Assembly: GCA_039811685.1 (NCBI GenBank)
Contig: JBDHZC010000013.1
Location: 1 to 31,933 of the forward strand
Direction of reading: 5' to 3'
DNA from: Armatimonadota bacterium
Lineage (GTDB): Bacteria > Armatimonadota > UBA5829 > DSUL01
DNA length: 31,933 nt
Numbering within the stretch: the first letter of the stretch is position 1; the number at the start of each line of letters is the position of its first letter. The notes beneath the pieces are model-generated. The model saw only the letters and a list, made by a program, of their open reading frames with translations. It made no database searches and had not been told where the DNA came from. This document shows positions 25,666 to 31,933 of this stretch, one piece after another. Made by a program: the position numbers and the translations under genes.

Positions 25666-25694
25666 ATTATATGACGCGGCCTGAGAGGTGTCAA
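25666..25694 (-). promoter_or_regulatory. Perfect-consensus sigma70 promoter of the PBP1A-PBP2 genes
   Basis: Minus strand TTGACA-17 nt-TATAAT, with the -10 about 26 nt upstream of the ATG. Confidence 0.8.
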
Positions 25695-25809
25695 AGCATT
25701 CAAACGAGTCAGCCGCGTCAGTTCTCTTCCTATATAGACGCAAATCCATACGGAAAAGTTAGAGGCAATTGCCGCGCCGGCGAAACCACTGCATGGTGGC
25801 CGAGAATCC

Positions 25810-26130
25810 TTACCGGTGTCCACGCCTGAGACGAAAACTCGCCGTGAACAAATAGGCGGCCGCCAGCAGCAAGCTGAAAGCCCCTACACGGTAGGGGCCC
25901 TGCTTGTACTCGCGGGCATACAACGTGACTATGAGCATTACGAAGTTTGCCCAGGCGACAAACACAAATCCTGTCGCATACAGCGCAAAAGCCCACTTGA
26001 TGGACGACGGACGGTTGTCCGATGAGCGGGACAAAGCCCACGAGTGCATCCCGCATGCCACAACGACGCCCAGCGTCAAAAGTATCCGCGCCGCTTCCGC
26101 CCAGAATGGCCATTTTTCAGGGCTAAGCAT
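25810..26130 (-). CDS. Small hypothetical membrane protein (about 3 TM helices, 106 aa)
   Basis: Three hydrophobic segments and a basic C-terminus (RLRRGHR). Confidence 0.55.
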   Translation of the reverse strand: MLSPEKWPFWAEAARILLTLGVVVACGMHSWALSRSSDNRPSSIKWAFALYATGFVFVAWANFVMLIVTLYAREYKQGPYRVGAFSLLLAAAYLFTASFRLRRGHR

Positions 26131-26478
26131 GGTGGAGTTCAGCCCTCACCGCACATATCTCGCGCATAGCTGTATGCTTCGCCGCGGCGTTCCCTTCTCC
26201 TGCCAGCGCGCCTCGCGGAAACACTGCCGCAAATTGTCTGAAAATCTCAGACCCACTGACAGAAACTGACAGATTGTGCGCCTATGATCAGCTTGACGGC
26301 GCCGCTGCGGAGCAATCTGTCCCATCAGCGAGGCAAAGCTCTCAGCGGGCGCGCCTGTCAGAGTCCATGCCGCATCAGTCCGTACCCTGTGTGGTTATTG
26401 TTGTTGTAAGCGCAGCCTGGCGCCATCGCATGTCCCTGCGTCGGGCATTCACGCGGTACCTAGAGGAGAGGAGTAGAA

Positions 26479-26763
26479 ATGCAAGCAGTTCAAACCTGTG
26501 CCGAGCGGCCTGGTGGCGAGTCAAAGCGGCGCGAGATATTCAACGGTCGCTCGCGAGGGGGAGCGCGAACGTACTTTCTGGATGTCAGCGAGTCCTCTGG
26601 TGGGGACCGGCTGCTCAGTATTTGTGAAAGCCGCGCGTCACAGAGTGGATTTCAGCGTCAGCGCATTTTGATCAGCGCCGCTCACGCTGATGAGTTCGTC
26701 CGCTGTTTCCGCCACGCCCTCCGTGCCCTGAAAACAGGAAACTATGCCTCAGCAGATGAATAG
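26479..26763 (+). CDS. DUF3276/PUR-domain (PurA/BpuR-like) nucleic-acid-binding protein
   Basis: GARTYFLDV...LSICESR...RQRILI...EFVRCF pattern; strong GAGGAG SD. Confidence 0.8.
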   Translation: MQAVQTCAERPGGESKRREIFNGRSRGGARTYFLDVSESSGGDRLLSICESRASQSGFQRQRILISAAHADEFVRCFRHALRALKTGNYASADE

Positions 26764-26973
26764 CTCAGTCGTCCGCCTTCTCCGCCCGCTTGAGTTTTGG
26801 CTTGCCAATTCAACTTTCCTGTGTTGACGGCGTTGTAACAATCTATCGCCTGCTCCCTGAGCGCAAGGGCATCGTGGGTCACTGTTTTCTGCGCTAGCCC
26901 CGGCGCAGCTCAGCGCATCTGCAGGCCTGCGAGTGTCAATCCAAAAAAATTTGAAAAAGTTGGCTGTAGCCCC

Positions 26974-27003
26974 TTGCCAAAGCTTCAACCCCCGGTGTAT
27001 ACT
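26974..27003 (+). promoter_or_regulatory. rRNA operon promoter P1
   Basis: TTGCCA-18 nt-TATACT preceded by an A/T-rich UP-like element (AAAAAAATTTGAAAAAGTT). Confidence 0.7.
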
Positions 27004-27102
27004 CCGCCTTGCCGCTGAGGAAAGACGCGAGGAACCCAGCCGGGTGACTTGTGCGCCTTCCTTGTCGACTCAGAAAGATTCCAGAAAGATTTCGGAATTG
27101 TG

Positions 27103-27132
27103 TTGACAAGAGGCTGAATCTTGTGGCAGAAT
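27103..27132 (+). promoter_or_regulatory. rRNA operon promoter P2
   Basis: TTGACA-18 nt-CAGAAT with extended TGn. Confidence 0.6.
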
Positions 27133-27176
27133 ACAGGTTGGCGTTGAGTGGCAGGTATGCCGCCCATCTTAGCCGG

Positions 27177-27209
27177 ATGATCTTTGAAAACCGAATAGAG
27201 TGGACGTGC
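27177..27209 (+). promoter_or_regulatory. rrn leader boxA and 5' arm of the 16S processing stalk
   Basis: GATCTTTGAAAAC boxA. GATGATC...CCGAATAGAGTGGACGTGC is complementary to 29011-29046. Confidence 0.75.
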
Positions 27210-27386
27210 AGCAATACTGACTGAGTGAGTTTCAACGAGTAAAACTCAGGTTGAGGATTGCCTCTCGGGGCGGTCTTCGATCTCGATCATAACTTCCGTA
27301 AAAGGGGCGCATCTAATGCGTCTTGCTCGGGGAGAGTTGAAGTTCTGGCTTTTTCCGATCAAGGTGGCAGAGGATGCGTTTTGATT

Positions 27387-28917
<1,531 letters not shown>

Positions 28918-29258
28918 AGAGAACTGATCCGCACGTCCTGCGCAGCTTCGGTTGCGCTGGTCGGAGCAGATCTGACTCTAAGGTCGATCTCACTCGTGTC
29001 TGTTGGTTCTGCGCGTCCACTCTATTCGGCTTTTGTGAGGATCATCTCTGATGGCTTGTGCAAGTCACGGCCAGGCCGATAGCACTGCTGAGTGCACCAG
29101 GCAACCGCTAGGCTTAGGAGAGCAGAACCGAGCTTGGGCTGGCCCGGAAGGAGCTTTGTCAGGAGGCTTATCATCCTTGGACTGTCCGGGCTTTTTTCAT
29201 GCGCTGCTGAGGGGCGCGCAGTGGAAAGCATTCTGGTTTGCCAGGGTTGTCTAACCGT

Positions 29259-29332
<74 letters not shown>

Positions 29333-29366
29333 TATCCTTTCATCGGGGGCGGGTCCCCGCTGACTT

Positions 29367-29439
29367 GGGGGCTTAGCTCAGCTGGGAGAGCGTCGCCTTT
29401 GCACGGCGAAGGTCAGCGGTTCGATCCCGCTAGCCTCCA
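29367..29439 (+). tRNA. tRNA-Ala (TGC), CCA not encoded
   Basis: GGGGGCT/AGCCTCC acceptor stem with G3:U70, anticodon loop TT-TGC-AC, GGTTCGATCC. Confidence 0.96.
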
Positions 29440-29472
29440 TTGCTAAAGTTTTTTCGGGGAACAAGTATCGGC

Positions 29473-29501
29473 TTGACACCCGGTTCGGCAGCTGCTAAGC
29501 T
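29473..29501 (+). promoter_or_regulatory. Putative internal promoter in the ITS upstream of 23S
   Basis: TTGACA-17 nt-TAAGCT with extended -10 TGn. Confidence 0.55.
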
Positions 29502-29728
29502 GTCAATCCTGCGCAGGCGCCACAGAGTGTGGCCGCTGAAGCCGCTAAGCGGCGGCTGGTTGCGCGGGAAGCGCTTGAAAACAAGTTTTGGGGAGGCGCT
29601 CGCAAGAGCGCCGAGCCGTCGAGGAAGGATCCATCCACAGAGATGGCTCTGACTGTCCTCGGAGCGCGGCCTGCGGGGCGTGCCAGTGGTGTCCACAACA
29701 CTCTGGGGCGTTACGTCAGGTGCGGCGC

Positions 29729-29743
29729 GGTCTTTGAAAACTG
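29729..29743 (+). promoter_or_regulatory. Spacer boxA before 23S rRNA
   Basis: GGTCTTTGAAAACTG matches the leader boxA. Confidence 0.75.
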
Positions 29744-29839
29744 CATAGCGAGCGGGAAAACATTCTTCACCAAGAGTGGCTCTGTGCTGAAGTACATGCC
29801 GGAGCCGCTTGCGAGAATATAATCAAGGCGCCAGATTTT

Positions 29840-31933
<2,094 letters not shown>

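Noticed and set aside
29011..29046. Long-range complementarity to 27177-27209
   Set aside because: This is the ordinary 16S precursor processing stalk.

Overview
GC-rich bacterial chromosomal window. It is probably Armatimonadota, inferred from 16S signature positions, an LptD-like outer-membrane protein and a characteristic C-terminal domain on a secreted protein. Left to right it holds: a 17-bp tandem hairpin repeat at the window edge; an outer-membrane beta-barrel; a secreted hypothetical; a PIG-L deacetylase; a cytidylate-kinase-like gene; an intact secreted GH2 that appears to lack both catalytic glutamates; lptD-like and MATE genes; a universal stress protein; an orphan CRISPR array (10 repeats of 37 bp, 9 spacers, full leader, no cas genes in the window); pilT; an unannotated 36-aa membrane ORF; an ANTAR response regulator followed directly by a terminator and an epimerase/PmoA-like pair; a secreted DUF362 protein; an acid phosphatase; tyrS; PBP2; PBP1A; a PUR/DUF3276 protein; and an rRNA operon (16S, tRNA-Ile, tRNA-Ala, 23S truncated by the window end). 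I found no clearly new multi-gene system. The best leads are the GH2 pseudo-enzyme, the orphan CRISPR and its flanking motifs (one shared with the pilT upstream region), the ANTAR/terminator arrangement and a consensus promoter inside the rRNA ITS. All family calls are from motif recognition, not database searches.
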